The notes below the pieces were generated by a model that was not told the DNA's origin, ran no database searches, and saw only the letters and a program-made list of their open reading frames with translations. A DNA stretch of 64,000 bases, taken from positions 5,684-69,683 of the forward strand of contig NZ_CAJTQC010000012.1 in the NCBI RefSeq assembly GCF_910578445.1, read 5' to 3'. This document shows positions 10,523 to 20,793 of the stretch, piece by piece (the stretch's first letter is position 1; each line of letters opens with the position of its first letter). This stretch comes from an uncultured Duncaniella sp. (lineage in GTDB: Bacteria > Bacteroidota > Bacteroidia > Bacteroidales > Muribaculaceae). A program made the position numbers and the translations under genes.

Positions 10523-11062
10523 CTAATCCAATTCAATCTCGATGATTTCACCATAGCCGGGCTGACGGGCAAAAGCTTCCTCATCGGTCAGACCGCATAG
10601 CGTGGCAAGGGCGTGAATCATGATGCCTCCGTGTGTGAAGATAGCCACAGAACCGTAGCCCGAAGCACGCAGGTCGCTGATGAAATCAAGGAATCGCTCA
10701 CGCTGCTCCATCGACGATTCGCCTCCGGTGGGTCGGACGTTAAGAAAATCGGCATACCACAATTCAATACGCGGATCTGTAATCTCGTCATAACGCTTCA
10801 TCTCCCATTCGCCGAAATTCATTTCCATGAGACGACGGTCAAGCCGAGGATTTACATATCCACATCTGCGAGCCAGTTTCACACAACGCGAAAGCGGACT
10901 TGAATAGACAGCATCGAACTTTAGTCCATTCAATCGCTCACAGACCTCATCAGCCTCAGTTTCAAAGCTATCGGCGACAGGGACGTCAGACTGTCCGTAG
11001 CACACACCCTTCGCTACCGCCACCGATGTATGGCGTATCAAGGTCAGCTTCATAGTCCGCAA
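10523..11062 (-). CDS. cobC: Alpha-ribazole phosphatase (histidine phosphatase family)
   Basis: RHT, SSPLSRC, EMNFGEWE, THGG motifs; located in cob operon. Confidence 0.88.
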   Translation of the reverse strand: MRTMKLTLIRHTSVAVAKGVCYGQSDVPVADSFETEADEVCERLNGLKFDAVYSSPLSRCVKLARRCGYVNPRLDRRLMEMNFGEWEMKRYDEITDPRIELWYADFLNVRPTGGESSMEQRERFLDFISDLRASGYGSVAIFTHGGIMIHALATLCGLTDEEAFARQPGYGEIIEIELD

Positions 11063-11805
11063 TGTAAGATTACAGCAATGCCAAGAATCATCGACAGCTC
11101 ACACAGCAGACATGTCGCACCGCAGCAGTCTCCCGTATAACCGCCGATTTTTTTTGCCATCAGCAGCGACAGCATCATGCACATAGCTATCGGACATACT
11201 GTCGACAATGCCAGCCAAGGATTCAGCATCAGCATGAAAAACATCGGCAACACACCGCATATCATCTGAAAAACGAGCTGATACCAGCGCATACGCGAAT
11301 ATGAAATCTTGTTTTTCGCTCCCTCCGGCCGTGCATAGGGCAGAATATTGGTAATCTGACCGGCACAGAGTTTTGCAAACGGGTCGGCGGCAAATACGGT
11401 ACACACGGCCACCACTGGATCAAATGAAGCAAAAAGGCTCACCCACAGGGCTATATAGCATATCAGTCCGATGACACCGTAGGTCCCGATATGAGAATCT
11501 TTCATTATCGAAAGAATTCGGTCCTTGTCACCTCCACATCCGAACGCATCGCAAAAATCAGCCAGACCGTCCTCATGGAGAGCGCCGGTCAGAAACAAGC
11601 GCCCGACAAGCGCAAGGATGACAGCCGTCGGCCACGGCATCGCAAACGAAAAGCAATACATGGCAAGGGCTGTAAGCCCACCTGTAATCCAGCCGGTCAG
11701 CGGCCAGTAGACCACCGCATCGGAATAGTCGGCCTGCGATGGATTCACCCATTTCCAGATCGGAAGACGGGTGAAAAGGATGAGCGCCGCCGCAAATTTT
11801 TTCAT
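11050..11805 (-). CDS. cobS: Adenosylcobinamide-GDP ribazoletransferase (cobalamin synthase)
   Basis: FTRLP, TGALHEDGLADFCD, MKDSHIGTYG, GGYTGDCCGA; start moved to ATG at 11805 (MKKF) to avoid overlap with cobT. Confidence 0.92.
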   Translation of the reverse strand: MKKFAAALILFTRLPIWKWVNPSQADYSDAVVYWPLTGWITGGLTALAMYCFSFAMPWPTAVILALVGRLFLTGALHEDGLADFCDAFGCGGDKDRILSIMKDSHIGTYGVIGLICYIALWVSLFASFDPVVAVCTVFAADPFAKLCAGQITNILPYARPEGAKNKISYSRMRWYQLVFQMICGVLPMFFMLMLNPWLALSTVCPIAMCMMLSLLMAKKIGGYTGDCCGATCLLCELSMILGIAVILHCGL

Positions 11806-11819
11806 ATCAGGAGGGTTTA

Positions 11820-12857
11820 TTAGAAATATTTTGTCACATTCACATCCTTGAACGAATCCATGTGATTGATCATTCTGACAGCTGACTCTATGATAGGATA
11901 GGCACACACAGCGCCGGATCCTTCGCCGAGACGCAGGTCAAGATGAAGCAGCGCACGCACACCGAGATGTTCGAGCATCAGTTTGTGACCGCTCTCGTCG
12001 CCCTGATGGCCGAAGACGGCATATTCGAGCACTGTGGGACAAAGACGTGAAGCGGCGAGGATGCAACTCGTCATGATAAAGCCGTCGACTATTATCACCA
12101 TGCCGAGTTCGGCAGCACGGAGCATAGCGCCGACAGCCATCACCATCTCATATCCTCCGAACCAAGCCATACGTGACTCCACAGAGCCGTCGCCGTCATA
12201 ACGGGCGAGCGATTCGGACAGCACTTCATATTTATGGCGTATGCCGGCGGAGTCAAGTCCTGCGCCAGCACCGATACACTGCTCCAACGGTATGCCGGTG
12301 AAAAGATGCATCCACATTGACGACGACGATGTGTTGCCACTACCCATCTCACCGAAACTTACGATATTGCAATCAGTTGTGACATGGATTTCGTCGATTA
12401 CCTCAGCGCCACGCTTAAGGCAAAGCTCAAATTCGTCGGCAGTCATAGCCGCCTCATGACGGAAATTGCGTGTCGATTTACGGACTTTTTTGTCAATGAT
12501 GCCGTGACCGGCGGGAATGTCATAATCGACACCGGCATCAACGAGCACAAGGCGGAAACCGTGCTGGTCACAAAGGAAGTTGATGCCTGCCCCACCCTTT
12601 GAGAAATGTCCGAGCTGCTGCCATGTGACTTCTTTCGGTGAGACGCTTACACCTTCGGCTATCACACCATGATCCGCGGCAAAAAGCACATTGTGAGGTT
12701 GACGGAGTTCGGGTGTGAGGGTCTGCTGAATCATACATATACGTGCAGCGAGCTCTTCAAGGCGTCCGAGCGATCCTTTCGGCTTTGTAAGATTGTCAAT
12801 CTTGTCTATGACACTGGCCTCGATAGCTGTGTCGACCGGTGGTATTGAAAATGTCAT
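11820..12857 (-). CDS. cobT: Nicotinate-nucleotide:dimethylbenzimidazole phosphoribosyltransferase
   Basis: [39 protein letters not shown]. Confidence 0.95.
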   Translation of the reverse strand: MTFSIPPVDTAIEASVIDKIDNLTKPKGSLGRLEELAARICMIQQTLTPELRQPHNVLFAADHGVIAEGVSVSPKEVTWQQLGHFSKGGAGINFLCDQHGFRLVLVDAGVDYDIPAGHGIIDKKVRKSTRNFRHEAAMTADEFELCLKRGAEVIDEIHVTTDCNIVSFGEMGSGNTSSSSMWMHLFTGIPLEQCIGAGAGLDSAGIRHKYEVLSESLARYDGDGSVESRMAWFGGYEMVMAVGAMLRAAELGMVIIVDGFIMTSCILAASRLCPTVLEYAVFGHQGDESGHKLMLEHLGVRALLHLDLRLGEGSGAVCAYPIIESAVRMINHMDSFKDVNVTKYF

Positions 12858-12876
12858 TATGATTGGTAGATTACTG

Positions 12877-13383
12877 TTATTTTATTTTAAGGTCTATGCC
12901 GGAGACGATGAAATGGACTTCGTCGGCAATCGAGGCGATGTGCTGATTGATTGAACCTTGCAAATCTGTAAACCGTCGCTGCATGGCGTTTTCAGCAACT
13001 CCGCCGAGCCCGATTTCATTTGTAACCATTATAAGGATCGCACCCGACGAGACAAGCACATCAAATGCCTTTTTCATCTCATCAAGCGCTCTCGTGCCAT
13101 CCTCTCCACATTCAAAAAACCAATTGGTCGCCCAGAGAGTAACACAGTCAAACACCACCACATTCTCAGGAGTCAGCCTGATGCCATCGACATGAAGCGG
13201 CTCTTCAAAGGTGGTCCACTGCTGACCGCGACGCTGCTTGTGGACATCGACGCGATGACGAAAATCCTCATCAAAGACCTGAGCTGTGGCTATATAGAAA
13301 GGATTGCCCGAAAGAGACATGGCAAGACGTTCGGCAAACAAACTCTTGCCTGAACGCTGCCCCCCGGTTATCATTATTATCAT
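12877..13383 (-). CDS. cobU: Adenosylcobinamide kinase/phosphate guanylyltransferase
   Basis: [10 protein letters not shown]-loop, YIATA, DCVTLW, TNEIGLG. Confidence 0.93.
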   Translation of the reverse strand: MIIMITGGQRSGKSLFAERLAMSLSGNPFYIATAQVFDEDFRHRVDVHKQRRGQQWTTFEEPLHVDGIRLTPENVVVFDCVTLWATNWFFECGEDGTRALDEMKKAFDVLVSSGAILIMVTNEIGLGGVAENAMQRRFTDLQGSINQHIASIADEVHFIVSGIDLKIK

Positions 13384-13411
13384 CGTTCCTTTTATGATTT
13401 TGCTTTCCTTG

Positions 13412-13419
13412 CAAAATTA
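13412..13419 (-). promoter_or_regulatory. Bacteroidota -7 promoter box for cobU operon
   Basis: TAATTTTG on minus strand ~30 bp upstream of the cobU ATG. Confidence 0.65.
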
Positions 13420-13425
13420 CAAATT

Positions 13426-13451
13426 ATTCCGACTCCGGGCAAGCTGACGTT
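13426..13451. repeat. 26-bp direct repeat, left copy
   Basis: ATTCCGACTCCGGGCAAGCTGACGTT, identical to 14319-14344. Confidence 0.95.
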
Positions 13452-13568
13452 AATTTCGAGCATAATTCAAATCATAATGAATGTAACCGATAATCAGGAA
13501 TTTTTCACTCTGAAAGTTTGCTAATTATGAGATAAAGCCTTAAATTTGTGACATAAACATTTGAAGTC

Positions 13569-13766
13569 ATGATACATTCAATACCCAATCCACCTATGGA
13601 CAGAGCCGATATCGCTCGCTTCCGTGACACTCTGGAGAAGCATCTCCGGGGAGACTTCAGTGCGGAAGAAAAACATCGGATTGAAGCACGTCAGGCTCGA
13701 ACAAAAGCAAACGCCAAACGAATCATTTCTAATTGTGGAGGAAAGAACCCCTTGCTTGGATATTGA
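13569..13766 (+). CDS. Small hypothetical protein, candidate antitoxin/partner of the GNAT
   Basis: 65 aa; own promoter (TTTG 13517-13520, 20-nt spacer, TAAATTTG 13541-13548); 3' end overlaps TTG start of GNAT gene. Confidence 0.6.
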   Translation: MIHSIPNPPMDRADIARFRDTLEKHLRGDFSAEEKHRIEARQARTKANAKRIISNCGGKNPLLGY

Positions 13767-14300
13767 TTTCCAAATCAGACTCATGACAGATGCAGACTAT
13801 GCGAATATGGCTGTATTTTCATGCGGTGTTGAAAATTTGGACAATTTTTTTCATCACGAGGTAAAGGAATGCGTTGACCACCATTATCTTTCTGCATACT
13901 GTGCATTCCTTAATTCAGGGGAAATTGTAGCTGTTTTCACTTTAATGAATGACGCTCTTATGATTGCCGGACAAGTGGAAAAAGAAGATTTTATTGACGA
14001 TATGAGGTTTGATACAGTAATGATATCGTTGACTTTTTCAAACGTCAATCATCATATCCGGCCATCAATATCGGACATCTCGGAATATCAACTTATCACC
14101 AAAGATGTGGTATAGGCTCTGCGATAATAGACCTTGTAGCCGATACATTTTCAAACTACAGTCAGGCCGGATGCCAATTTATAACCGTTGACGCACTTAA
14201 CAATGAAAAAGCGATTCGCTTTTATCTTAATAATCAATTCAATTTCCAGACAAACCGAGACCATTACTCTACCACAAGACGCATGTATCGCATATTATAA
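13756..14300 (+). pseudogene. Frameshifted GNAT N-acetyltransferase (TacT/AtaT toxin-like)
   Basis: Frame 0 gives 'FSCGVENLDNFF...VAVFTL'; after ~14015 the -1 frame gives 'YPAINIGHLGISTYHQRCGIGS...GCQFITVDALNNEKAIRFY' ending TAA 14298-14300. Confidence 0.8.
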
Positions 14301-14309
14301 GATATTCGC

Positions 14310-15392
14310 CTACTGATGATTCCGACTCCGGGCAAGCTGACGTTTCACGTTCCTGCGGCTCGCCATGATGTAAAAAGCACTGAATATGCCGGTAGCCACG
14401 AGGATTATAGCCTGAAAACTCCAGCAGACAATCGAATATGCCGCACCGTCGCTGTCGCTGATTCCAAACAGACTCAATGCGAACATTACAGCGATGTTCC
14501 ACGGCCCGAGACCGCCGTTTGAGGGAACGGCCATGCTACACGACCCGAAGACAAACACTACCAGTCCCGGCACAAGTCCCAGAGGGTAGGCCGAATGAGT
14601 GACAAGCTCACGCGTAAACGGGAAGGCAAAGAAACACACATAGGCCTCGAAGAAATAACAAATCCATATCCCGAGGGTCAGAATGAGATAGAGCCCTGTA
14701 CCTTTCATGTGGAACAACACCTTGAAACCGTCCCATATCCTTACAATACTTGCATTGATACCCTTGACAAACGAGGTGTTACGGAAAATTCGGTCACATA
14801 CGACCAAAAGAGCTATCACAGCGATAACCACAACCCACATGACACCATCGGTCATCACTCTATGTATATCTTCGCCGATCGGATAACGGTCAAGAAACCT
14901 GTCCATAGCAGGATGTGCCACAAAAAGGGTCAGAATGATTATAAGAAATATCATTATGCCGTCCGACGCCCTGTCGCCAAGGTCCGTGCCGACAACTGTC
15001 GACAGTTTACACCCCTCACGACGGCTGATGTAGACACAACGCCATGCCTCACCAAGAAACGGAAACACGAGATTCAACGCATATGCCCCGAAAATCGACA
15101 CACTCTCTGCGACAACCGGGATACGAGGTATGCCGGCCGCACGCAACTGGATTCCCCAGCGGATGCCACGTATGATGTGTGACAAAACTGTCAGTGCCAT
15201 CATTGCTATGATATAGCGATAATCGACACCCTGTTTTATTATCGACTCGATCTGATGGATGTTTACCTTATGAAACAGCCATAAGATAAGCCCTGCCGAA
15301 ACAGCCAACGGCAGGATGACCTTGAGCACGCGCCCGACAATTTCAAATCGGCTGCGGCGGGAGACCGGGGATGTAGGAGTAGATGTCTGCAC
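14310..15392 (-). CDS. Lysylphosphatidylglycerol synthase TM/flippase-like (UPF0104) membrane protein
   Basis: Multi-TM; 'RGIRW', 'N...P..GEAWR', 'DR..D', 'PSNGGLGPW' family motifs. Confidence 0.8.
   Translation of the reverse strand: MQTSTPTSPVSRRSRFEIVGRVLKVILPLAVSAGLILWLFHKVNIHQIESIIKQGVDYRYIIAMMALTVLSHIIRGIRWGIQLRAAGIPRIPVVAESVSIFGAYALNLVFPFLGEAWRCVYISRREGCKLSTVVGTDLGDRASDGIMIFLIIILTLFVAHPAMDRFLDRYPIGEDIHRVMTDGVMWVVVIAVIALLVVCDRIFRNTSFVKGINASIVRIWDGFKVLFHMKGTGLYLILTLGIWICYFFEAYVCFFAFPFTRELVTHSAYPLGLVPGLVVFVFGSCSMAVPSNGGLGPWNIAVMFALSLFGISDSDGAAYSIVCWSFQAIILVATGIFSAFYIMASRRNVKRQLARSRNHQ
14319..14344. repeat. 26-bp direct repeat, right copy, inside the 3' end of the adjacent gene
   Basis: Identical to 13426-13451. 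Confidence 0.95.
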
Positions 15393-15470
15393 GTAGATTT
15401 AACAATCTTATTATGAAAAGGGATTGGTCATGACTGAAATTTCATTCCAAATATCCCTTCAGCTTATACG

Positions 15471-15860
15471 TCAAGACTTTGCAGGACGCAGGAGCTCAAT
15501 CCAGTAACCGTCGGGGTCTTCAATGAAATATATCCCCATAGCAGGATTCTCATAACACACCACACCCATCTGCTTGTGAAACTCATGGAGACTTTCATAG
15601 TCCTGCCCGGCATCAAGACGGAGCGCAAGATGTGTTTCGTTCTCTCCAAGGTCATAGGCCTGCGGATGGTCGCGCATACAAGTCAGCTCAAGGCGAAAGC
15701 CGGTAGTGCCGTCGCCCATATAGGTGATTGTAAAAGCTCCGTCCGGGCCGTCGATATGTCCGACCTCCTTAAGCCCCAATGCCTTCTGATAGAATTCCAT
15801 CGAACGGTCACGGTCAGCTACATTGATATTGTAATGATCGAAATGAAGTTTGAAATCCAT
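15471..15860 (-). CDS. VOC family/lactoylglutathione lyase
   Basis: H...NV.D..RS..FY...LGL, LELT, HLA, YFIEDPDGYWIE. Confidence 0.85.
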   Translation of the reverse strand: MDFKLHFDHYNINVADRDRSMEFYQKALGLKEVGHIDGPDGAFTITYMGDGTTGFRLELTCMRDHPQAYDLGENETHLALRLDAGQDYESLHEFHKQMGVVCYENPAMGIYFIEDPDGYWIELLRPAKS

Positions 15861-16071
15861 TGTAAAAAATTTTAGAATACATCTATTATACCCTAAGCCG
15901 ACGCAAAAAGTTCATATCCGGCAATAGAAACTTTTCCGAGTAAAATAGCACCTAACATTGCAAAACGAACTTAATATGAAAATACATAAAGCTCTTCCGC
16001 GACATGAATTCCATCAAAGGTTGAGCGTTTATCACAAATAATTGCCATCTTTGCACTTTAATAAAGTTTCT

Positions 16072-16548
16072 ATGACAAATTCTCATACCGACACACCGGA
16101 CATCAACCACACTGAGACCGCATATATCATCCGTGAATGCCGTGAGGCTGATTATTCCGCACTCGTTGACCTGTGGGAACGGTCGGTGCGCGCGACACAT
16201 GCCTTTCTAAGCGAGGATGACATCAGTGAAATAAAATCAAAACTTGCCTCAGAATATTTTCCGGCCGTTGACATCCACATTACGGATGTCAACGGAATCC
16301 CGGCCGGCTTCATCGGTGTGGCCGGAGACAAAATCGAGATGCTCTTTATCGACTCCGTCTGTCAGGGCAAAGGCTACGGGACAGCACTGCTTGATTTCGC
16401 CATCGGGAAAGGCGCTAAGCTCGTCGATGTCAACGAACAGAATCCCGCAGCACTCGGATTTTACGAATCCAAAGGATTCAGAACCGTCAGCCGGGATGCG
16501 ACCGACGATGCCGGCCGGCCGTTCCCCATACTCCATCTGTCGCTATGA
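16072..16548 (+). CDS. GNAT acetyltransferase (YjaB-like)
   Basis: WERSVRATH.FL, IEMLFI, GKGYG, VDVNEQN..A.GFY; ATG at 16072 preferred as start. Confidence 0.85.
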   Translation: MTNSHTDTPDINHTETAYIIRECREADYSALVDLWERSVRATHAFLSEDDISEIKSKLASEYFPAVDIHITDVNGIPAGFIGVAGDKIEMLFIDSVCQGKGYGTALLDFAIGKGAKLVDVNEQNPAALGFYESKGFRTVSRDATDDAGRPFPILHLSL

Positions 16549-16637
16549 CACGGACAGGCTGAATCAGTAGCAATATATGTCCATATCTCAGGCAAAGATT
16601 TCCATTTATCGCAGTAATTGCCTAACTTTGCCTAACC

Positions 16638-17768
16638 ATGAAGTTCAGCCAGATTCCAGACCACGAGAATGTAAAGCGACAGTTGCGCGACATGGTCGCC
16701 GACCATCGCATCCCCCACGCCCTGCTGCTCCACGGACCGGCAGGTATAGGTAAATTTCTGATAGCACGCACTTTCTCTCAATATCTCCACTGCCAGTCAC
16801 CGCTGCCCGAAGGAGAGCCGTGTGGAGAATGCCCTGCGTGCCGTCAGCACGAATCGTTCAACCATGTCGACAGCCTATACGTGTTTCCTGTCGTCAAGAC
16901 CGACAAACTGAAAGCACCTGTTTCCGACGACTACATGACCGAATTCAAGGAGTTTGTCGGAGCAAACCCGTTTATGGATTTCGAGCGCTGGACAGGATAT
17001 TTCGAAAAGAAAAACGCCCAGCCGGTCATCTATGTCAGCGAAAGCGAAGCGCTCGAACAACGGCTTTCGGTCACGACGACAGTGTCGAAATACAAGACCG
17101 TCATCATCTGGCTACCCGAAAAGATGAACGAACAGACGGCCAACAAGCTGTTGAAACTGATTGAAGAACCATTCTCCGACACAATCTTCCTGCTCGTTTC
17201 CGACAACGTCAAGGCAATCCTGCCGACCATATATTCACGATGCCGTCCGATCGAAATGAAACGTCTGAGCGACGAGACAATCGCATCCTATCTGACATCG
17301 CGTCTTGCCATCGACCCGCAGGACGCTCTCGCCATGGCCCACATAGCCGCAGGCGATATCAACAGTGCCCTCCGCGCGATGGATGCGACAAGTGTCAGCC
17401 GCATGTTCTTCGACTATTTCGTCAGACTGATGCGTCTGGCCTATCAGCGCGATGTCAAAGCCCTTAAAGAATGGAGCTCCGACCTTGCCGCGCTCGGCCG
17501 GGAGCAGGAAATCAAATTCTACGACTATGCCCAGCGGCTCATACGTGAGAACTTCGTGTATAACTTCCATGTGCCCGACCTCCTCTACCTCAACCGCGAG
17601 GAAGCAGGCTTCAGCAAAAATTTCGCCCGCTTCATCACAGAGAACAACGCCGAAAAAATCATCTCTGAAATGGACCGCGCAATCACCGACATTGCGGGCA
17701 ACGCCAACGGAAAGATTGTCAATTTTGACTTCGCAATAAAGATGATCATCCTCATCAAGAATTTCTGA
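16638..17768 (+). CDS. holB: DNA polymerase III subunit delta'
   Basis: PHALLLHGPAGIGK, Cys zinc cluster CGECPAC, ANKLLKLIEEP, LPTIYSRC; TAACTTTG at 16623-16630. Confidence 0.88.
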   Translation: MKFSQIPDHENVKRQLRDMVADHRIPHALLLHGPAGIGKFLIARTFSQYLHCQSPLPEGEPCGECPACRQHESFNHVDSLYVFPVVKTDKLKAPVSDDYMTEFKEFVGANPFMDFERWTGYFEKKNAQPVIYVSESEALEQRLSVTTTVSKYKTVIIWLPEKMNEQTANKLLKLIEEPFSDTIFLLVSDNVKAILPTIYSRCRPIEMKRLSDETIASYLTSRLAIDPQDALAMAHIAAGDINSALRAMDATSVSRMFFDYFVRLMRLAYQRDVKALKEWSSDLAALGREQEIKFYDYAQRLIRENFVYNFHVPDLLYLNREEAGFSKNFARFITENNAEKIISEMDRAITDIAGNANGKIVNFDFAIKMIILIKNF

Positions 17769-17790
17769 TACCTCTCCAGCGACACACACT

Positions 17791-20730
17791 ATGACACCAT
17801 TTCTCCAGCAGGTAGCCTCGGTATATATCAACAACGAACTTCCACGGCTCGCAGACTATTGCTTCGTCTTCCCCAACAAACGCAGCGGTGTGTTCTTCCG
17901 CCACTACCTGTCACTCGAAGCAAAAGGCCGTCCGTTCATCATGCCGGAAATCGGCACTATCGCGGAAGTGACAAACCGCTTCTCGGCTCTGACCGAAGCT
18001 CCACGCCTCGACCAGCTGTTCATATTATATAATGAATACCGTGAACTGAGCGACGATGTGGTCGACTTCGACCAGTTCATTTTCTGGGGCGAGATGCTGC
18101 TCAACGATTTCAACGACGTCGACCTCTATCTTGTCGACCCGCATAAACTATTCGTCAACCTGAAACGCTTCCGCGAAGTCAGTTCCAACTATCTGACCGA
18201 GGAACAGGTTGAAATCATCAACCGTTACTGGGGCGAAAGATTCGTCCACACCAGCCCCGACGAATTCTGGACCCACATCCACCACCAGCCGACCTCGCTC
18301 GAAAGCAAGTTTCTGAAACTGTGGGAGGTGCTTGACACACTCTTCGAACGTTTCAAAAAACGTCTGCTCGACAACGGCATGGCCACCCGGGGAATGTTTG
18401 CCCGCAATGCCGTCAACTATCTGAGCCGGGGAGGAGACTCACGCCTGCCGTTTGAAAGATATATCTTCGTCGGGTTCAACGTGCTCACACTCTCTGAAAT
18501 CAAGATATTCGAGAAACTTCAGGCCAAAGGCATCGCCGATTTCTACTGGGACATGGCATCGCCGGCCTTCAGCGACGAAGGCAACCGCGCAGCCTTTTTC
18601 ATGCGCCGCAATGTGGAGTGTTTCCCATCGCTCTACAACCTTGCGGAGCTATATCCCGAAACGCCGACATTCCCCTACATCCACATCACAGGTGTGCCAA
18701 CGGCATTCGGACAGACAAAAGCCGCCGGAATCCAGCTGAAACAATGGATTGACGACGGAACGGTCGCAAATCCCGGCAATGCCATCGACACGGCAGTGGT
18801 GCTGCCCGACGAATCGCTTTTCATCCCGATGATCCACGCTGTCCCGACAGCCATCACCGCCCTCAACGTCACAATGGGCTTTCCGCTGAAAAGCACCTCA
18901 ATCTCATCGCTCATGTCGGCCATTGTCGCACTTCACCTGCGGGCTTCGCGCTCACGCGAAGAATGGAGTTTCTTCTACGAGGACCTGCGGTCAGTGCTCA
19001 CCCACCCTCTCCTGCAGGCAATCGACCCTGACGGATGCAACGCACTGCTCAGACTGATGCTCGACCGAAGGCTCTACATGGTCCCGGTGTCGAAAATCAC
19101 CGAGACCGCCCCGGCGCTCGCATTCGTGTTCAGCCCCGTGCGCGACACAAACGGAGTCAATGAGGTCCACTCTTATTTTTTCCAACTTATCGAAGGACTT
19201 CGCGCATACACACTCGGCCACAAGGAGCTGAAAATCGAAAACTATTTCCTCGACACTTATCTCGTAGAGCTTGAAAACCTCCGTGCGGCATGTTCACGAT
19301 GGAACATCACCATGCGCGACAAGACCTTCATCGAACTGCTCCAGCGGACCATCTCGTCGGTCAGCGTACGTTTCACCGGCGAACCCCTTGCAGGACTTCA
19401 GGTGATGGGTGTGCTCGAAACCCGAGCGCTCGATTTCGATAAGCTCATCATGCTCTCGATGAACGAACATGTGTTCCCCCACAAGCAATACACCCGCTCG
19501 TTCATTCCCGACACACTGAGGAAGAGCTACGGCATGGCCACCACAGAACTTCAGGAATCCATATTCGCCTACTCGTTCTATCGTCTCATCTCGCGTGCGT
19601 CGCAGGTCAGACTCTTTTACGATGCCCGAACACTGAGCGGAAAGAACAGCGAAATCTCCCGCTACATAGCCCAATTGCTCTACCTCTTCCCTGAATGCAA
19701 AATCGACCACGACCTTGCATCGTTCACCACTCATCCGCTCGACGAGGAGACAATCTCGGTCGAAAAGAATGAGGGGATAATGAAAAAAATGCGTGAATTC
19801 ACACCCGAAGGCGGCAAACGCACTCTCTCGGCAACAGCCATAAACGACTATATCAACTGTCCGCTCGCCTTCTATCTCAAACGCATCTGCCATCTCGACC
19901 TTGACGAAGATGTGATGGACTATATGGACTCAGGGACATACGGCAACATTCTGCACGAAGTGGCCGAACGGCTCTACAAAGAGCTGCGCGGCGACCGCGA
20001 TGAAGTCAAGGTCACGTCAGAGATTCTCGACAGTTTCATCAAAGACGAGGTGAGGCTCGACACGATTATCACAGAGCTTATCAACGAAAATTACAACCGT
20101 CTGCCCAAAGGAGACCGCACTCCGCTCGTCGGCGAAAGTCTCGTGCTCGGGAAGGTGATGAAACACTTCCTCATCCTCATGTTCCGTCGCGAGAAGGAAA
20201 TCGCACCATTTGACTTCATCGACGGCGAGCACAAGGTCGAGGCGACAATGAAGATTTCAGACGAGCTGACAATCAACATACTCCAATATATCGACCGAAT
20301 CGACCGCATATATCCCGGCGGACGTTACGGCGAAGGGCTCGGACTGCTGAGAATCGTCGACTACAAGACAGGCTCTGACAAGACAGATTTCAACGACATC
20401 GACGACCTTTTCAATCCCGAGACCGACCACAGGCGCAAGGCTATCCTGCAGCTGATGTTCTACTGCAACGCATATGCCGGAAAAATCGGCTTTGACGGAC
20501 CTATAATGCCGCAAATCTACTCGTTCAAAACCATGTCGACCACCGGCCTGCAAGCTCTGAAATATCAGAAAGACGATTTCACGGACTACCGCACAATCAA
20601 CGAGGAGTTCATCGGACGCTTCAACGCCACTCTCACAGAAATGTTCGACCCGAATGTCCCGTTCACACAGGCCGTGGATGATTCCGCATGCAAGTTCTGC
20701 GGATTCAAGCCAATCTGCCGGAAACACTGA
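17791..20730 (+). CDS. PD-(D/E)XK nuclease family protein (AddB/RexB-like)
   Basis: VFPNKR N-terminus, inactive helicase-like body, IDRID..VDYKTG nuclease motif, Fe-S cysteines (NCPLAF...CKFC....C). Confidence 0.85.
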   Translation: MTPFLQQVASVYINNELPRLADYCFVFPNKRSGVFFRHYLSLEAKGRPFIMPEIGTIAEVTNRFSALTEAPRLDQLFILYNEYRELSDDVVDFDQFIFWGEMLLNDFNDVDLYLVDPHKLFVNLKRFREVSSNYLTEEQVEIINRYWGERFVHTSPDEFWTHIHHQPTSLESKFLKLWEVLDTLFERFKKRLLDNGMATRGMFARNAVNYLSRGGDSRLPFERYIFVGFNVLTLSEIKIFEKLQAKGIADFYWDMASPAFSDEGNRAAFFMRRNVECFPSLYNLAELYPETPTFPYIHITGVPTAFGQTKAAGIQLKQWIDDGTVANPGNAIDTAVVLPDESLFIPMIHAVPTAITALNVTMGFPLKSTSISSLMSAIVALHLRASRSREEWSFFYEDLRSVLTHPLLQAIDPDGCNALLRLMLDRRLYMVPVSKITETAPALAFVFSPVRDTNGVNEVHSYFFQLIEGLRAYTLGHKELKIENYFLDTYLVELENLRAACSRWNITMRDKTFIELLQRTISSVSVRFTGEPLAGLQVMGVLETRALDFDKLIMLSMNEHVFPHKQYTRSFIPDTLRKSYGMATTELQESIFAYSFYRLISRASQVRLFYDARTLSGKNSEISRYIAQLLYLFPECKIDHDLASFTTHPLDEETISVEKNEGIMKKMREFTPEGGKRTLSATAINDYINCPLAFYLKRICHLDLDEDVMDYMDSGTYGNILHEVAERLYKELRGDRDEVKVTSEILDSFIKDEVRLDTIITELINENYNRLPKGDRTPLVGESLVLGKVMKHFLILMFRREKEIAPFDFIDGEHKVEATMKISDELTINILQYIDRIDRIYPGGRYGEGLGLLRIVDYKTGSDKTDFNDIDDLFNPETDHRRKAILQLMFYCNAYAGKIGFDGPIMPQIYSFKTMSTTGLQALKYQKDDFTDYRTINEEFIGRFNATLTEMFDPNVPFTQAVDDSACKFCGFKPICRKH

Positions 20731-20793
20731 GCGATATACCTTATTTATAAATAAAATTATCAGAAGCCATCTGAGATTTCCGCGACACAGACG

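Larger units (their letters stand above)
13426..14344. mobile_element. Direct-repeat-bounded AT-rich mini-islet without integrase
   Basis: Perfect 26-bp direct repeats at both ends; visibly AT-rich; two-gene cargo. Confidence 0.65.

Noticed and set aside
13624..13755. N-terminal extension of the GNAT ORF in the supplied track
   Set aside because: Overlaps the 65-aa ORF in another frame; GNAT-like sequence begins near TTG 13756
17791..20730. Cas4 or defence nuclease interpretation of the Fe-S PD-(D/E)XK protein
   Set aside because: Length, N-terminal helicase-like body and housekeeping context (holB, hemW) fit AddB-like recombination proteins
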